Counted from the first letter of the stretch, positions 26,070 through 39,733 are shown. The stretch is DNA of 64,000 nucleotides from Mobula hypostoma (GCF_963921235.1 NC_086108.1:21638001-21702000); one strand, 5' to 3'. Notes: generated by a model not told the origin, from the letters alone. Numbers and translations are program-made.

Positions 26070-28621
26070 TATCCAGCCATATTATTTGCCAAGGGAAATC
26101 TCGCATGCAATTGTGGTCGTTGTGTACATCGCTGCCTCTGCCAACCCGACGTCAGCAGGTAACATCATTTACACCGTCATAGCCGGACTACAAACCCAGC
26201 ACCCAAATGCCCTCATTACCATCTCGGGTGACTTCAACCAGGTTACCATGGCTAGAACACTGCCCAACTTCACGCAGTATGTGAGCTGAACAACCAGAGG
26301 GGAGAGGACTCTGGATTTGATGTATACTAACGTTAGGGATGCATACAGCCCCTCTCCCCTCCCCCCACTGGGAAGGTCAGATCACAACCTGGTGCATCTA
26401 AAACCCTGCTACGTACCTCTGGTGAAAAGTAAACCTGCAACCTCGAGGACAGTGAGAAAATGGTCGAAGGAGGCTTATGAGGCGCTCCAGGGTTGTTTTG
26501 AGGTGACAGACTGGAAGGCACTCTGTGAGCCACATGGAGAGGATATTGATGGGCTCACAGAGAGCACCACTGATTACACCAACTTCTGTGTGGACTGCAA
26601 TGTTCCAACAAGAACTGTCCTTGTTATTCAAAAAATAAGCCATGGGTGACAAAGAACATTAAGGACATCCTGAACTCTAAAAAGAGGGCGTTTAGAGATG
26701 GAAATAGGGAGGAGTTGAGGGCAATACAGAGTGACCTGAAGGCCAGGATCAGGGAGGCTAAAGACAGGTACAGGAGGAAGCTTGACTGGAAACTCCAGCA
26801 GAACAGCATGACAGAGGTCTGGAGGGGGATGAGGACCATCACTGGGTTCCGGCAAACTAGCAACAGAGGAGCAGAAGGCAGTGTGGACAGGGCCAATGAA
26901 CTTAACCTGTTCTTTAACAGATTTGACAGTGTGGCCCCTGCCCATCCCACACATGAGCCATCTGTTGTCGGCCCCCAACCAACACATATTCCACTCTCCC
27001 CTCCTACCCCTCCTCACAGTCCCCCACCCTGCTCTCATGCCTATACCACGTCCCCACACGAAACCACCACGGTGGGCTTCACAGCTCTACAGGTGAGAAG
27101 ACAGCTGAAACATCTCAACCCAAGCAAGGCTGCAGGACCGGATGGTGTCAGTACCAGGGTGCTCAAAGCCTGTGCCCCTCAGCTATGTGGAGTACTTCGC
27201 CATGTATTCAACCTGAGCCTGAGGCTCCAGAGGGTTCCTGTATTGTGGAAGACGTCCTGCCTCGTCCCTGTGCCAAAGCGGCCTCAATGACTACAGACCA
27301 GTGGCATTGACCTCCCACATCATGAAGACCCTAGAGACACTTGTTCTGGAGCTGCTCCGGCCTATGGTCAGGCCACACTTAGATCCCCTCCAGTTCGCCT
27401 ACCAGCCCCGACTAGGAGTTGAGGATGCCATCGTCTTCCTGCTGAACCGTGTCTACACCCACCTGAACAAGCCAGCGAGCACTGTGAGGGTCATGCTTTT
27501 TGACTTCTCCAGTGCGTTCAACACCATCCGCCCTGCTCTGCTGGGGGAGAAGCTGACAGCGATGCAGGTGGATGCTTCCCTGGTACCATGGATTCTTGAT
27601 TACCTGACTGGCAAACCACAGTACATGTGCTTGCAACACTGTGTGTCCGACAGAGTGATCAGCAGCACTGGGGCTCCACAGGGGACTGTCTTGTCTCCCT
27701 TTCTCTTCACCATTTACACCTCAGACTTCAACTACTGCACAGAGTCTTGTCATCTTCAGAAGTTTTCGGATGACTCTGCCATAGTTGGATGCATCAGCAA
27801 GGGAGATGAGGCCGAGTACTGGGATACAGTAGGAAACTTCGTCACATGGTGTGAGCAGAATTATCTGCAGCTTAATGTGAAAAAGACTAAGGAGCTGGTG
27901 GTAGACCTCAGGAGAGCTAAGGTATCGGTGACCCCTGTTTCCATCCAGGGGGTCAGTGTGGACATGGTGGAGGATTACAAATACCTGGGGATACCAATTG
28001 ACAATAAACTGGACTGGTGAAAGAACACTGAGGCTGTCTACAAGAAGGGTCAGAGCCGTCTCTATTTCCTGAGGAGACTGAGGTCCTTTAACATCTGCCG
28101 AACGATGCTGAGGATGTTCTACGAGTCTGTGGTGGCCAGTGCGCTCATGTTTGCTGTTGTGTGCTGGAGCAGCAGGCTGAGGGTGGCAGACACCAACAGA
28201 ATCAACAAACTCATTCATAAGGCCAGTGATGTTGTGGGGATGGAACTGACGGTGGTGTCTGAAAAGAGGATGCTGTCTAAGTTGCATGCCATCTTGGTCA
28301 ATGTCTCCCATCCACTACATAATGTACTGGTTGGGCACAGGAGTACATTCAGCCAGAGACTCATTCCACCGAGATGCAGCACTGAGCATCATAGGAAGTC
28401 ATTCCTGCCTGTGGCCATCAAACTTTACAACTCCTCCCTTGGAGAGTCAGACATCCTGAGCCAATAGGCTGATCCTGGACTTATTTCATAATTTACTGGC
28501 ATAATTTACATATTACTATTTAACTATTTATGGTTCTATTACTATTTATTATTTATGGAGCAACTGTAACAAAACCCAATTGCCCCCGGGATTAATAAAG
28601 TATGACAATGACTATGACTAC
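26070..28621 (+). mobile_element. 5'-truncated Rex1/Babar-like LINE inserted in CR1 ORF1
   Basis: GDFN and SDH endonuclease remnants; KAAGPDG, DPLQFAY, DFSSAFNTI, GAPQGTVLSP, KFSDD; tail AATAAAGT(ATGACT)n; the CR1 frame resumes after it. Confidence 0.92.
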
Positions 28622-29214
28622 AGGGAGGTAGTTACGCGAAAGGAACAGAGCGCAGGAAATTGGGTCACTTTCAGGTGAGGGAAGAGGAAAGGGCAGGCAG
28701 AGCAGGGTTCCCCTGTGGCCATTCCCCTCAACAACAAGTATACCACATTGGATACTGTTGCGGGGGATGACTTACCTGGGACAAGCTGCAGTAGCCGGAT
28801 CTCTGGCACTGAGTCTGGCTCTGCAGTGCAGAAGGGAGGGTGGATAAAGAGGACAGCAGTAGTGATAGGAGACTCGATAGTTAGAGGTGCAGATAGGAGG
28901 TTCTGTAGTCGTGACAGAGAATCCAAGATGGTTTGTTGCCTCCCGGGTGCCAGGGTCAAGGATGTCTCTGATTATTTGCATGACATTCTGAAGTGGGAGG
29001 GTGATCAACCAGATGTCGTGGTGCACATCGGTACCAGTGACATAGCAAAGAAGAGTGAGGTGGTCCTGGACAGTGAGTATAGAGAGCTTGGTAGGAAGTT
29101 GAAAAGCAGGACCTCGAGGGTGGTAATCCTAGGATTGCTACCTGTGCTAAGTGCCAGTGAGGGTAAGAATAGGATGATCTGGAGGATGAACACGTGGCTG
29201 AGGAACTGGTGCAG

Positions 29215-29311
29215 TCATAGTCATAGTCATACTTTATTGATCCCGGAGGAAATTGTTTTTTGTTACAGTTGCACCATAAATAATTAAATAATAATAAAAA
29301 ACATAAATAAA
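29215..29311 (-). mobile_element. Rex1-like 3' tail in CR1 ORF1
   Basis: (TCATAG)n-ctttattgatccc...; CAG on both sides (29212-29214, 29312-29314). Confidence 0.85.
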
Positions 29312-29600
29312 CAGGGGGCAGGATTTCAGATTTCAGGATCATTGGGACCACTTCTGGAGCAGGTGGGACCTGTACAAGAGAGACAGGTTGCACTTGAACT
29401 ACAAGGGGACCAATATCCTTTCAGGGAGGTTTGTTAGTGCTATTGGGGAGGCTTTACACTAGATATGCAGGGGGATGGGAACCAGAGTGCCAGAGCTGAC
29501 AGTGGGACTGAGGTGAAAATAAATGATGTTAAAAGTTCAAGCAAAGCTGCAAATAGAAAGGTTGTGAGTGGTGGTAAAAATCTTCTGAGGTGTATATATT

Positions 29601-29720
29601 TCATAGCCATAGTCATACTTCACTGATCCCGGGGGAAAGTGCTTTTCATTACATTTGCTCCACAAATAATATAGTAATAAAACCATAAACAGTTAAATAG
29701 TAATATGTATATTATGCCAG
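29601..29720 (-). mobile_element. Rex1-like 3' tail at a CR1 deletion junction
   Basis: Same tail; the left flank is the CR1 ORF1/ORF2 boundary region and the right flank is already the RT domain. Confidence 0.8.
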
Positions 29721-30387
29721 CATTTGGATAGACAGGGACATTAGGGAGAGTCAACATCACTTTGTGCATGGTAGGTCATGTTTGACCAATCTATTGGAGT
29801 TTCTCGAGGAGGTTACCAGGAAAGTGGATGAAGGGAAGGCAGTGGATGTTGTCTATACATGGACTTCAGTAAGGCCTTTGACAAGGTCCCGCATGGGAGG
29901 TTAGTTAGGAAAATTCAGTCGCTAGGTATACATGGAGAGATGGTAATTTGGCTCAATGGAAGAAGCCAAAGAGTGGTAGTAGAGGATTGCTTCCCAGAGT
30001 GGAGGCCTGAGACTAATGGTGTGCCACAGGGATCAGTGCTGGGTCGATTGTTATTTGTCATCTATATCAACGATCTGGAAGACAATGTGGTAAACTGCTG
30101 ATGATACAAAGATTGGAGGTGTACTGGACAGTGAGGAAGGTTTTCAAAGCTTGCAGAGGGATTTGGAACAGCTGGAAAAATAGGCTGAAAAATGGCAGAT
30201 GGAGTTTAATATAGACAAGTGTGAGGTATTGCACTTTGGAAGGACAAACCAAGGTAGAACATACAGGGCAAATGGTAAGGCACTGAGGAGTGCAGTAGAA
30301 CAGAGGGATCTGGGAATACAGATACAACGTTCCCTAAAAGTGGTGTCACAGGTAGATAGGGTCATAAAGAGAGCTTTTGGTACATTG

Positions 30388-31879
30388 CAACACACATCAA
30401 AGTTGCTAGTGAATGCAGCAGGCCAGGCAGCATCTCTTGGAAGAGGTACAGTCGATGTTTCGGGTCGAGACCCTTAGTCAGGACTAACTGAAGGAAGAGC
30501 TAGTAAGAGATTTGAAAGTGGGAGGGGGAGGGGGAGATCCAAAATGATAGGAGAAGACAGGAGGGGGAGGGATGGAGCCAAGAGCTGGACAGTTGATTGG
30601 CAAAAGGCATATAATAGGATCATGGGACAGCAGGCCCAGGGAGAAGGAAAAGGAGGGGGGGGGGAAAAAACACCAAGGATGGGCAAGTGGTATAGTCAGA
30701 GGGACACAGGGAGAAAAAGGAGAGAGAGAGAAAGAATGTGTGTATATAAATAAATAACAGATGGGGTACAACGGGGAGGTGGGGCATTAGTGGAAGTTTG
30801 AGAAGTCAATGTTCATGCCATCAGGTTGCAGGCTATCCAGACGGAATATAAGGTGTTATTCTTCCAACCTGAGTGTGGCTTCAACTTTACAGTCGAGGAG
30901 GCCGTGGATAGACATATCAGAATGAGAATGGGATGCGGAATTAAAATGTGTGGCCACTGGGAGATCCTGCTTTCTCTGGCGGACAGAGCGTAGGTGTTCA
31001 GCAAAACGATTTCCCAGTCTGCATCGGGTCTCGCCAATATATAGGAGGCCACATCAGGAGCACCAGACGCAGTATATCACCCCAGCCGTCTCACAGGTGA
31101 AGTGTCGTCTCACCTGGAAGGACTGTCTGGGGCCCTGAATGGTGGTAAGGGAGGAAGTGTAAGGGCATGTGTAGCACTTGTTTTGCTTACAAGGATGAGT
31201 GCCAGGAGGGAGATCAGTGGGGAGGGATGGGGTGGGGGGGGGCGAATTGACAAGGGAGTCGCGTAGGGAGCGATCCCTGCGGAAATCAGGGGGGGAGGAG
31301 GGAAAGATGTGCTTAGTGGTGGGATCCTGTTGGAGGTGGCAGAAGTTACGGAGAATAATATGTTGAACCCGGAGGCTTGTGGGGTGGTAGGTGAAGACCA
31401 GGGGAATCCTATTCCTAGTGGGGTGGCGGGAGGATGGAGTGAGAGCAGATGTGTGTGAAATGGGGGAGATGCGTTTGAGCGCAGAGTTGATGGTGGAGGA
31501 AGGGAAGCCCCTTTCTTTAAAAAAGGACATCTCCCTCGTCCTGGAATGAAAAGCCTCATCCTTTTCCTTCCTCCCCTCCCCCTTTTCCTTCTCCCTGGGC
31601 CTCCTGTCCCATGATCCTCTCATATCCCTTTTGCCAAACAACTGTCCAGCTCTTGGCTCCATCCCTCCCCCTCCTGTCTTCTCCTATCATTTTGGATCTC
31701 CCCCTCCCCCTCCCACTTTCAAATCTCTTACTAGCTCTTCCTTCTGTTAGTCCTGACAAAGGGTCTCAGACCGAAACGTCCACTGTACCTCTTCCTAGAG
31801 ATGCTGCCTGGCCTGCTGTGTTCACCAGCAACGTTGATGTGTGTTGCTTGAATTTCCAGCATCTGCAGAATTCCTCATG
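30388..31879. mobile_element. Penelope-like insertion with inverted arms (minus-strand body 30388-31560, plus-strand tail 31561-31879)
   Basis: GIY-YIG on the minus strand; mutated hammerheads at 30450-30485 (-) and about 31749-31784 (+); 13-bp TSD TTTTGGTACATTG at 30375-30387 and 31880-31892. Confidence 0.92.
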
Positions 31880-33459
31880 TTTTGGTACATTGGCCTTTAT
31901 TAATCAAAGTATTGAGTATAAGAGCTGGAATGTTATGATGAGGTTGTATAAGGCATTGGTGAGGCCAAATCTGGAGTATTGTGTTCAGTTTTGGTCACCA
32001 AATTACAGGAAGAATATTAATAAGGTTGAAAGAGTGCAGAGAAGGTTTACAAGAATGCTGCCGGGACTTGAGAAACTCAGTTACAGAGAGAGGTTGAATA
32101 GGTTGGGACTTTATTCCCTGGAGCGTAGAAGAATGAGGGGAGATTTGATAGAGGTATATAAAATTGTGATGGGTATAGACAGAGTGAATGCAAGCAGGCT
32201 TTTTCCACTGAGGTAAGGGGAGAAAAAAACCAGAGGACATGGGTTAAGGGTGAAGGGGGGAAAGTTTAAAGGGAACATTAGGGGGGGCTTCTTCACACAG
32301 AGAGTGGTGGGAGTGTGGAAAGAGCTGCCAGACGAGGCGGTAAATGCGGGTTCTTTTTTAACATTTAAGAATAAATTGGACAGATACATGGATGGGAGGT
32401 GTATGGAGGGATATGGTCCTTGTGCAGGTCAGTGGGGCTTGGCAGAAAATGGTTCGGCACAGCCAAGAAGGGCCAAAAGGCCTATTTCTGTGCTGTAGTT
32501 TTTCTATGGTTTCTATGGTTTGCAGGAGGAGCCAGAAACTGGCAGTAGAAAGCTACCTCTCTGCCAGGAGGCCTGTGATTCATGATGTGCTCCAGGAATC
32601 TGTACTGGGTCCATTGTTTGTCATCAATGTCAATAATCTGGATGATAATGTGATAAACTAGATCAGTAAATTTGCAAATTATACCAAGATTGGGTTGTAG
32701 TGGACAATAAAGGCCAGTTGGAAAAATGGGCTGAAAAATGGCACATGGGATTTAGTGCAGACAAGTGTGAGGTGTCGCACTTTTGGGAGGACAAACCAGG
32801 ATTGGTCTTAAACAATGAATGGTGGGGCACCAAGGAGGGTGATAGAACAGAGAGATCTGGGAATACAGATTCATAATTCCTTGAAAGAGGCATCACACTT
32901 AGATAGGATTGTAAAGAGAACTTCTGGCACATTGGCCTTCATAAATCAAGACGACTGAGTACAGGAGTTGGGATGTAATGTTGCAGATATATGTTGGGGT
33001 GTTATGGTGTCCGGTCTTGAGGGAAAGGTTGAATAGGTTAGAACTTTATTCCCTGGAACATAGGAGAATGAGATGAGATTTAATAGAGGTATACAAAATT
33101 ATGATGGGTATAGATTGGGTTATTCAAAGCAGGTATTTTCCACTGAGGTTGGGTGAGATTAGAACTTGAGGTCATGAGTTAAAGGTGAAATGTGAAATAT
33201 TTAAGAGTAACACGAGGGGAAATCTCTTTGTTCAGAAGGTGGTAAGAGTATAGAATAAGAGCCAGTGGAAGTGGTGAATTTGGGTTCAATTTCAACATTT
33301 AAGAGAAGTTTAGATAAATACAAGAATGGGAGGGGTATCAAGGTGCAAGACAATGGGACTAGGCAGAATAACAGTTTGGCATGGACTAGATGGGCCAAAG
33401 GGCCGATTTCTGTGCTGTAGCTCTCTATGACTCTAACAACATCTCTTTCAGACTCATCA

Positions 33460-34510
33460 TAAGGCTGTGTGCTTAGCCCCTGCTTTACTCACTTTATAAG
33501 TATGATAGTGGGGTTAAGCACAGCTCTGAGGCTGTATTTAAGTATGCTGATGACACCACTGTTGTTAGCCAAATCAAAGGTGGTTGACGAATCAGCATAT
33601 GGGAGAGAGACTGAAAATCTGGTTGAATCGTGCCACAACAACAACCTCTCATTCGACGTCAACAAAACTGAAGAGCCGATTACTGACTGCAGGAGGAATA
33701 AAGTGGAGGTCCATGAGCCAGTTCTCATTAGGGGATTGGAGGTACAGAGTATCAGAAACTTCAAATTCTTTGGTGTTAAAATAGCAGAGGATCTCTCCTG
33801 GGGCCAGCACTTAAGTTTCATCACAAAGAAGGCATAATAGCACCTCTACTCTCTCAGAGGTTTGAGCAGATTTAGCACATTGCCAAAAAAGTTGACAAAT
33901 CGATGCACAGTGGAAAGTATCCTGATGGGTTGCATCATGACCAGGTATGAAACCACCAATTTCCAGAAAAAGAAAAGCCTTCAGAAAAGGTGGAGGCAGC
34001 CCATTACATCTCAACTAAAGCCTTCCCCACCACTGAATAGATTTACATGAAATGCTGCCACAAGAAAGCAGCATTCAAAGGATCAACTTTATTCATCATA
34101 TACGTTTACATAGATTAGGAATTTGCTGTGGTGTGTTGACCCCCACCATCCAGGCCAAGCGCTCTTAACTCCCTATTACCACTGGGTGGGAGATACAGAA
34201 TGCTTAGGTTCCACCCCACAAGATTCAGGAACTGCTTTCACCCTACAACCATTAGGCTCCAGAACAACATGGACAACTTCACTCTGACCTGATTCTATGA
34301 CCGAAAGACTCACTTTCAAGGAATCTTTACAAATCATGTCCTCAGTACTTTTATTTGCATAGTATGTCTTCTTTTGCAAATTGGTTATTTGTCACTCTTT
34401 ATGTATTTTTTGTACTTTCTATTGTATTTCTAAATACCTGCAAGGAAATGAATCTCAGGGCAGTTTATGGTAACATACAGGTACCTGGACAATAAATTCA
34501 GTTTGACCTC
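33460..34510 (+). mobile_element. Old Rex1-like fragment (RT end and 3' UTR)
   Basis: aagtatgctgatgacacc (KYADDT), CHNNNLSFDVNKTEE, CTVESIL. Confidence 0.75.
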
Positions 34511-34636
34511 TGATTGTCCTTCACCTTGTGAATTGAACCAGATACCAAATTTACCTGAATTTAAAAGCTAGGTCAGATGAGACAATTAGATAAACGATTT
34601 CCTCCAATAACAGTACCAGTTATTATTGCAGACTTG

Positions 34637-35664
34637 GTTCAGGAGGAGGGGAGAGCAGTAGTGGAGGAGATGAGAGCCTGCAAGGCGGTGGGAATGAAGC
34701 AACAGGGAGCTTGGACAAGATGGGAGAATGTGGTTGAGAGGAAAGTGACCTGGGCTGATTTTTGGAAAGCCGAACCACACCGCATCCAATTTCTCATCCA
34801 GGCAGTGTACGATGTGCTTCCAAGCCCATCAAACCTGCACACATGGGGCAAGGCAGAGTCATCTGCGTGCCCACTGTGCTCCAAGCGAGGAACTCTGGAG
34901 CACATCCTCAGCGGCTGTGCAAGGGCACTTGGTGAGGGACGGTACAGGTGGAGGCATGATCAGGTCCTGAAGACCATCGCTGAAGCCGTCAGCGCAGGAG
35001 TTGAGTGGGCGAAGTGGTCCCGACCCTCCAAGCAGACCATTGCCTTTGTCAGAGCTGGGGAGCAGCCAATTCCTGCCAAAAGAACATCTGCAGGCATTCT
35101 GACCTCTGCAAGGGACTGGCAGCTGTTGGTGGACCTCGAAGGGCAGCTGAAGTTCCCCAACCATATCGCAGCCACCACCCTGCGACCAGACATTGTCCTA
35201 GTGTCTGAATGTACTAAGCAAATGATGCTGCTGGAGCTGATAGTCCCATGGAAAGATAGCTTGGAGGAGGCCTTTGAAAGGAAGCTCTCCAAGTACGCAG
35301 GACTGGTCAGCAACTGTCAGCAGGCTGGATGGAGAGCGAGGTGTCTCCCAGTGGAGGTTGGTTGTAGGGGATTCGCAGCCCGTTCCTTAGTTAGAGCCTT
35401 CAGCATTTTGGGCATCGAGGGAGAGAGGAAGAGTCCACAGGTACCACCGATGTGGCAGAGAGGGCCTCAAGATGGCTGTGGCTCAAAAGAGGGGAGCCAT
35501 GGAGTCATAAGTAGTTAGCCATCTGGACACAAGCTGGGGTCTGATCAGCCCCAGCTGGGTCACCTGGAGGAAGCTGTATGATGTTGAAAGACCCGAAACA
35601 CCCGATGATTCCAGGAACACCACTGAAGATGTGTCCAGAAGTATCAATAGATGTATGTACACAG
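34637..35664 (+). mobile_element. 3' fragment of a Hero-like RLE retrotransposon
   Basis: CPLC...HILSGC knuckle, RWRHDQV, RPD...EL.VPW restriction-like endonuclease; direct repeat of 38261-39295. Confidence 0.9.
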
Positions 35665-38600
35665 CTTACACCCAGAGTTAATCAGTGACAACCAGGAAAG
35701 ACTGGGTGACAACCAGGAAAAGAGTGGTGACGACTGGAGAGTCAATGACAGCCCGGAGAGACGGCAACCAGGGCAGAATGGGTTGGCAACCCAATCTGCG
35801 TCCTCTGAGAGGAGTACCCCACAAAAGCCACAAAGAATCTAAGGAAAAGATACCCCCGGGGTGCCCGAGGGGGGGGGGGAGAGGATGAGCACCCCAGTCG
35901 GATGGACATAACGACATCAGACCCAGGCAATGAACAAACGACAATGAGGAAGCAGTGTGCATGTGGCAAAATCTGCAAGAACGATCGCAGCTTAAAGATC
36001 CACCAAGCGAGGATGAAGTGTTTGGCGGGAGCAGGAGCAGCACAACGCGCAGGTGTCCAACCTGGTGAGACGAAGGAGGGGCCAGGCCCGGAGACACCCC
36101 ATAGTGCCCGGAACCTCCAAGTGTTGCAAACTAATCCCTCGAACATGAAATCTAACGGGAGGCGGATCAAATGGCCTGCAGCTAACATGACTTCACTGTG
36201 GAAGCAGTTTGATGACGATGTTAACCAAATTCTGGAGGCAACGGCGAAGGGAGGGGTTGATAGAAAGCTGCAAACCATGACAACAATTATTGTTAGTATC
36301 ATAGCTGAACGGTTCGGAGAAGAGGAGAAGGAAGGCTCCGAAACATCTTACTCGAAGAACCAAAGAGCATTGAGGATCCACAACATCAGGCAGGAGATGA
36401 AAGCGCTGAAGTCCCAAAATAAGGAGGCAGGAGAAGAGGAGCGCATTGGCTTGGCCCAGCTGATGTGCATACTACGAAAGAAGATCAGGGTCCTCCGCCG
36501 GGCAGAGTGGCATCGGAGGCGGCGTCGTGAAAGGGCTCGAAAACGTACTGCCTTTATCGCCAACCCCTTCAAGTTCACCAAGGAGTTGCTGGGGGAGAAG
36601 CAAAGTGGGAAACTGGCCTGTTCGCAGGAAGACATAGACCAACATCTGAAGAAGATGTATAATGATCCTGAAAGAGAGCAGGAGTTGGGAGAGTGCGACA
36701 TCCTAACAGACCCACATGAACCGGATGTGCAGTTCGACATGTCAGAGCTGCAACAAAAGGAAGTCAGAGAGGTCGTCCGCAAAGCAAGGGCAAGCTCGGC
36801 TCCAGGACCAAGCAACACCTCGTACAAAGTGTACAAGAACTGCCCCAAACTCCTGCTGCGTCTGTGGAAGATCCTGAGAATCTTCTGGAGAAGGGGGAAG
36901 ATCCCAGAACAGTGGAGAGTGGCTGAAGGGGTGTGGATCCCGAAGGAGGAAAATGCCACCCAGATAGATCAGTTTCGCATCATCTCCCTGCTGTGTGTCG
37001 AGGCGAAGATCTTCTTCAGTGCAGTTTCCAACCGGTTGTGCACCTACCTAGCAAAGAACACCTATATTGATACATCAGTCCAGAAGGGTGGCATTTCAGG
37101 GATGCCGGGCTGTCTGGAGCACATCGGTGTGGTGACACAGCTCATCAGGGAGGCCAGAGAGAACAAGGGCAACCTGTCAGTGCTGTGCCTCGACCTGGCA
37201 AATGCATATGGCTCCATTCCGCACAAGCTGGTGCAGCTCACACTGACCAAATATCACGTCCCCAGCAGAATCAGAGACCTTATCGCTGATTATTACAGCA
37301 ACTTCAGGATGAGGGTCTCTTCAGGAGCAGTTACATCAACCTGGCACAAGGTGGAGGTCGGCATCATCACAGGGTGCACTATCTCAGTGACACTGTTCTC
37401 CCTAGCCATCAACATGCTCACTAAGTCTGCTGAACCAGAGTCCAGAGGGCCCAGAATGAATTCCGCTCAACAACAACCACCTATCAGGGCATTCATGGAT
37501 GACCTCATAGTCACCACAGAATCAGTCCCAGGCTGCCGGAGGATTCTGCAAGGGCTCGAAAAGCTGGTGGAGTGGGCCCGGATGCGTTTCAAACCTGCCA
37601 AATCAAGATCGATGGTGCTGAGGAAAGGGAAGGTGGAGAACAAGTTCCAGTTCAGCATCGCAGGCACAGCCATCCCAACCATCACAGAAAAGCCAGTCAA
37701 GAGCTTAGACAAAGTTTTTGACAGCTCTTTAAGGGACACAACATCCATTCAGGCAACCTGTACCGAGTTGGATGGCTGGCTGAAATCTGTGGACAAGTCT
37801 GGCCTACCTGGGAAGTTTAAAGCCTGGGTGTATCAGCATGGCATTCTTCCCAGAATCCTGTGGCCCCTCCTCGTCTATGCAATTCCGATCTTGACTGTCG
37901 AAACCTTAGAGAGGAGGGTCAGCAACCACCTCAGGAGATAGCTGTGACTGCCAAAGAGCCTGAGCAGCATCGCACTCTATGGACACCACAACAAACTGCA
38001 ACTGCCCTTCAAATCCTTGGAGGAAGAATTCAAGGTAACAAAAGCCAGAGAAGTGCTACAGTATAGGGACTCAAGTGAGTGGCTAGAGCAGGGATCCAAG
38101 TAAGTACTGCAGGAAGTGGAGGGCAGAGGCAGCTGTTCAGGAGGCAGAGGCGAGGCTACGTCACAGGAGGCTGGTGGGAGTGGTCACACGAGGCTGAGCT
38201 GGGCTAGGATCCTTTCCAACTCCCCAAATGGACACCAGAGGGAAGGAAAGGCGTCGTCTAGTTCAGAAGGAGGTGAGAGCAGTAGTGGAGGAGATAAGAG
38301 CCTGCAAGGTGGTGGGAATGAAGCAACAGGGAGCTTGGACAAGATGGGAGAATGCGGTTGACAGGAAAGTTACCTGGGCTAATCTTTGGAAAGCCGAACC
38401 ACACCGCATCCAATTTCTCATCCAGGCAGTGTACGATGTGCTTCCAAGCCCATCAAACCTGCACACATGGGGCAAGGCAGAGTCATCTGCGTGCCCACTG
38501 TGCTCCAAGCGAGGAACCCTGGAGCACATCCTCAGTGGCTGTGCAAGGGCACTTGGTGAGGGACGGTACAGGTGGAGGCATGATCAGGTCCTGAAGACCA

Positions 38601-39295
38601 TCGCTGAAGCCGTCAGCGCAGGAGTTGAGTGGGCGAAGCGGTCCCGACCCTCCAAGCAGACCATTGCCTTTGTCAGAGCTGTGGAGCAGCCAATACCTGC
38701 CAAAAGAACTTCTGCAGGCATTCTGACCTCTGCAAGGGACTGGCAGCTGTTGGTGGACCTTGAAGGGCAGCTGAAGTTCCCCAACCATATCGCAGCCACC
38801 ACCCTGCGACCAGACATTATCCTAGTGTCTGAGTCTACTAAGCAAATGGTGCTGCTGGAGCTGACAGTCCCATGGGAAGATAGCTTGGAGGAGGCCTTTG
38901 AAAGGAAGCTCTCCAAGTACGCAGGACTGGTCAGCAACTGTCAGCAGGCTGGATGGAGAGCGAGGTGTCTCCCAGTGGAGGTTGGTTGTAGGGGATCCGC
39001 AGCCCGTTCTTTAGATAGAGCCTTCAGCATTTTGAGCATCGAGGGAGAGAGGAAGAGGAGAGCCATCCGCAGTACAACCGATGCGGCAGAGAGGGCCTCA
39101 AGATGGCTGTGGCTCAAAAGAGGGGAGCCATGGAGTCATAAGTAGCAAGCCATCTGGACACAAGCTGGGGTCTGATCAGCCCCGGCTGGGTCACCTCGAG
39201 GAGGTTGTAAGATGTTGAAAGACCCGAAACACCCGATGATTCCAGGAACATCACTGAAGAAGTGTCCAGAAGCATCAATAGATGTATGTACACAG
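35665..39295 (+). mobile_element. Apparently full-length Hero-like (R2-superfamily, RLE) non-LTR retrotransposon
   Basis: Single ORF 35902-39145 broken at about 37940-38230: N-terminal CACGKIC...H...C, RT (SAPGPS, LDLANAYGSIPH, GIITGCTIS, FMDD), CCHC knuckle, RPD..ELTVPWE..K..KY; 5' UTR with about 21-bp tandem repeats at 35685-35770. Confidence 0.9.
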
Positions 39296-39733
39296 TAATT
39301 TTTGAACAGATAATTTCATGCCATTGCATATTATTGGCAGAATCAAATTTCTGAGTAGCATGTCCTATTATTGATAAAGCAGTATATATTTTTCTGCTAA
39401 AATTACTGTCTCACACGCAATCACTGGAATCAAGCTAGTGAGTGCTTAGTACAAATGTCATTTTTCTTTATAATAGATATTACTATTTCCACCGAGAAAC
39501 ATCTTTATTCTCCCTAAGCAGATGACTTCTATTTTGTAAAAGCACAACTTGTCCCGTGGTAAATGGATCACAAGACACTTGAATACTAACTCCGGCACAA
39601 TTAAACAAAAAGAATTTTATCAGTTTGGCACAAACATGATGATAGTACTCGTGCAACATTGATGGACTTTTAAGGTCAACTTTCAGAGTGAAGTCAAGAG
39701 TTTATTTGCTTAAAAATATTTACCAACTAGGAC

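Larger units (their letters stand above)
25510..32517 (+). mobile_element. Younger CR1 (5' UTR, ORF1 with Cys-pair motif and SGNH esterase, partial ORF2, 3' tail), interrupted four times
   Basis: CSSC...CKKC at 25875 onward; VVIGDSIVRG, LPGA and HIGT at 28715-29214; RT motifs 29720-32490; (TTTCTATGG)-type tail at about 32500-32520. Confidence 0.9.
24350..33435 (+). mobile_element. Older CR1 split into 24350-25509 and about 32518-33435
   Basis: RT-coding sequence ...tgcattcaacattg resumes as tttgcaggaggagccag... after the nested block; CR1 tail at about 33400-33435. Confidence 0.75.

Noticed and set aside
28715..29287. SGNH esterase ORFs as host enzymes (also 40883-41467)
   Set aside because: Known ORF1 domain of CR1 elements; embedded in CR1 and interrupted.
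35570..35640. GAAAC and CTGAAGA words in the Hero 3' UTR as a hammerhead
   Set aside because: I could not build the three required stems around the cores.
35685..35770. Short direct repeats as a CRISPR-like array
   Set aside because: Degenerate tandem units without unique spacers, in a eukaryotic retrotransposon 5' UTR.
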